Source of the DNA: an uncultured Lachnospiraceae bacterium
GTDB taxonomy: Bacteria; Bacillota; Clostridia; Oscillospirales; CAG-272
Direction: 5' to 3'
NCBI GenBank assembly: GCA_964569225.1
Contig: CAZMTU010000001.1
Coordinates: 2,422-66,421, forward strand
Length of the DNA stretch: 64,000 nucleotides
Shown: in pieces, positions 62,306 through 64,000 of the stretch
How the letters are laid out: the number at the start of each line of letters is the position of its first letter
Numbering within the stretch: position 1 is the stretch's first letter
Program-made: the position numbers and the translations under genes
The notes under the pieces: model-generated
Seen by the model: only the letters and a program-made list of their open reading frames with translations
Told to the model about the DNA's origin: nothing
Databases searched by the model: none

Positions 62306-64000
62306 ATGTCAAACCTGAACAAAAAACTGCTCTCTGCGTTGTTAGCGCTGGCAATGGCGGCTTCTCCCATTTTTTGTGGGCTTCCGTCAGCCGCCGCCGT
62401 AAATAACGGGGCGGAGGAGCAGAACAAAGAAGAGGAAAGCTATATGAGGATCAAAAATTTATCAGGGCCGTCGGGGGTAGCTTTGGGCGGCGCGGGCGTT
62501 GGCTATTACGAGATCGACCCTACCGGACGGGTTACCCGAAACTGCATTAACAACATTCATAAGTCTTTTGTAGATTCACCGGACGGCTTTTTGGTTGGCG
62601 TTTATGACGGATCTGCCGCTGTCCGCCTGCAGCGGGACAGCAGCACCGTTTACGGAATGAAGGGCTATAGCGACAGCTATTATACCGGTTTGTGGCCTAC
62701 TGTGACGATTGAATTTGAAAACAGCGCCGCTGGGGTGGCTGACATGGGCTTTTCCGCTTATTCCGGCGTAGTGGCGCAGGACGTGAAAAACAGCTCGCTG
62801 CCCGTAGTTTTTTATGAGGTAGAGCTTTACAATGACAGCGACAGCGCTAAGGAGATGAGTGCCATTCTCACTTGGGGGGATGTGATCGGCAGAGGCATTC
62901 GGGATACCTCTGTGAAAAATCCCTCTAATTTGGATGGCGAGTCCTCCGAGTGGTATGATATGGATGTGCCTGCCACCTATGCCAAGGGTGTAACTGTGGA
63001 GAATGGCGGCGTGACTTATGCCGGTGTGCTTCAATACGCGAAAGAGCAGATTCTCCCTCAAAAAGCCACTTTTCAGAACTACAACAACAGCTTTATGATT
63101 TTGGCTGAGCAGAGCGATGACTGCACAGTGACTATTTTAAAGAATTTTGATGTTAATGATTCATCCGCGCTAAATACGTACACGCAAAGCGGCGTACTGT
63201 CTGCATATGACGAGAGCGAAACGGAGCTTTCCGCGGCTGTGAAGGGCGGAAGTCGGTCCACTTCCAACGGCAGCGCCGTTTCGGTGATGACTACCGTGCC
63301 TGCCGGCAGCAGCCGCACTCTGCGCTTTATGGTATCCTGGTTTATGCCTGAAATTACCGAAGCTCAGTATGCTTCCATGAATAAAATGGAAGGCTGCGAT
63401 TACAACAAGTATTATCATAACAGCTTTTCAACTATTGAAGAATTGACAGCCTATGCCATCGGCGCAAGAGATGCCATTCAGGAAGGCATTAATCAATGGC
63501 AGCAGCCGCTGCTCAGCAGCTCACTGCCTGACTGGCTGATTTTTAAAGAGATCAACAGCGGCTATACCTTCTATACGAACGGTGTGTTGAACAAACGGGG
63601 AAATTTCTCCACCTTGGAAGGAGAAATGGGCGGCTATGGCGGTACAATGGACCAGAAAATGAGTTCGCATCCCTTTTATGAAAAGCTCTTTCCTTCATTA
63701 AATCTTGAGGAAAACCTTCAGTTTGCCAATGTTACTGGAGCGGACGGAGAGATTCAGCATTTTGATGTCCACTATTACCACGGCATGTCTGACTCAGATC
63801 CTGAAAATAAGGTCAATCCTACGCCCGCAGGCAGTATGATCGACAATGCCGGCGCGTGGATGGTGCAGATGTGGAATTATTACGCGCAAACCGGCGACAG
63901 GACCTATCTGGAGGCTTATTATGATGTAATGAAGACTTCCATGGCGTTTATCAGGAGCAAGTACGCTTCGGGTACGCATATTCCTAACTATAATACCACC
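62306..64000 (+). CDS. Secreted GH116-like (GBA2-type beta-glucosidase family) glycoside hydrolase, 5' part (continues beyond the window)
   Basis: Not in the ORF track because no stop is reached. I read an open frame of 565 codons from the ATG at 62306 (AAGGA RBS). It has a signal peptide (ALLALAMAASP) and GVALGGAGVGYYEIDPTGRV, typical of the GH116 N-terminal domain. Confidence 0.7.
   Translation, partial: MSNLNKKLLSALLALAMAASPIFCGLPSAAAVNNGAEEQNKEEESYMRIKNLSGPSGVALGGAGVGYYEIDPTGRVTRNCINNIHKSFVDSPDGFLVGVYDGSAAVRLQRDSSTVYGMKGYSDSYYTGLWPTVTIEFENSAAGVADMGFSAYSGVVAQDVKNSSLPVVFYEVELYNDSDSAKEMSAILTWGDVIGRGIRDTSVKNPSNLDGESSEWYDMDVPATYAKGVTVENGGVTYAGVLQYAKEQILPQKATFQNYNNSFMILAEQSDDCTVTILKNFDVNDSSALNTYTQSGVLSAYDESETELSAAVKGGSRSTSNGSAVSVMTTVPAGSSRTLRFMVSWFMPEITEAQYASMNKMEGCDYNKYYHNSFSTIEELTAYAIGARDAIQEGINQWQQPLLSSSLPDWLIFKEINSGYTFYTNGVLNKRGNFSTLEGEMGGYGGTMDQKMSSHPFYEKLFPSLNLEENLQFANVTGADGEIQHFDVHYYHGMSDSDPENKVNPTPAGSMIDNAGAWMVQMWNYYAQTGDRTYLEAYYDVMKTSMAFIRSKYASGTHIPNYNTT

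Overview
This 64-kb chromosomal window looks like a spore-forming Clostridia-type Firmicute. Evidence is spoIIE, a noc-like/soj/spo0J/serS block with perfect parS sites, PFOR, flavodoxin, Firmicute sigma-A promoters and GGAGG ribosome-binding sites. I call about 43 protein genes, one tRNA-Ser(UGA), two pseudogenes, and several promoters and terminators.

Layout:
- 1-4.4 kb: a decayed accessory patch with an XRE regulator, a multiply frameshifted AraC/GyrI-like pseudogene, and a Y-family polymerase plus YolD.
- 4.4-12.2 kb: one plus-strand operon of three methyltransferases, a ZIP metal transporter, a hydrolase, a MacB/FtsX-type ABC pair and a CPBP protease.
- 12.3-13.3 kb: DUF2325 and flavodoxin.
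- 13.8-18.5 kb: a tightly packed minus-strand operon of five genes (PLP Cys/Met-family enzyme, LarE-like PP-loop sulfur transferase, ATP-grasp ligase, esterase, ThiF/TcdA-like).
- 18.8-21.4 kb: an HMA/DsbD_2/cupredoxin fusion, a DUF2318 lipoprotein and an Fe-S-type Rrf2 regulator.
- 23.2-28.4 kb: MoxR, DUF58 and transglutaminase.
- 30.7-35 kb: the chromosome partition locus and serS.
- Remainder: asnB, spoIIE, pyk, a GH92 mannosidase, PFOR, an M20 amidohydrolase, and an AraC regulator divergent from a partial GH116-like gene.

Signals not explained by ordinary annotation:
1. A hairpin-bounded 280-bp tandem repeat at 60.8-61.4 kb whose bounding hairpins show compensatory base changes. Related mosaic repeat modules fill most long intergenic regions.
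2. A GTTAG-N6-CTAAC operator shared by two otherwise unrelated promoters.
3. The five-gene sulfur/ligase operon.
4. A small membrane-anchored protein made of five near-identical 13-aa DxxGDGxxD repeats, just upstream of spoIIE.
5. A methylglyoxal-synthase-like protein whose catalytic residues appear substituted.

All family assignments come from reading motifs by eye. No database search was run.
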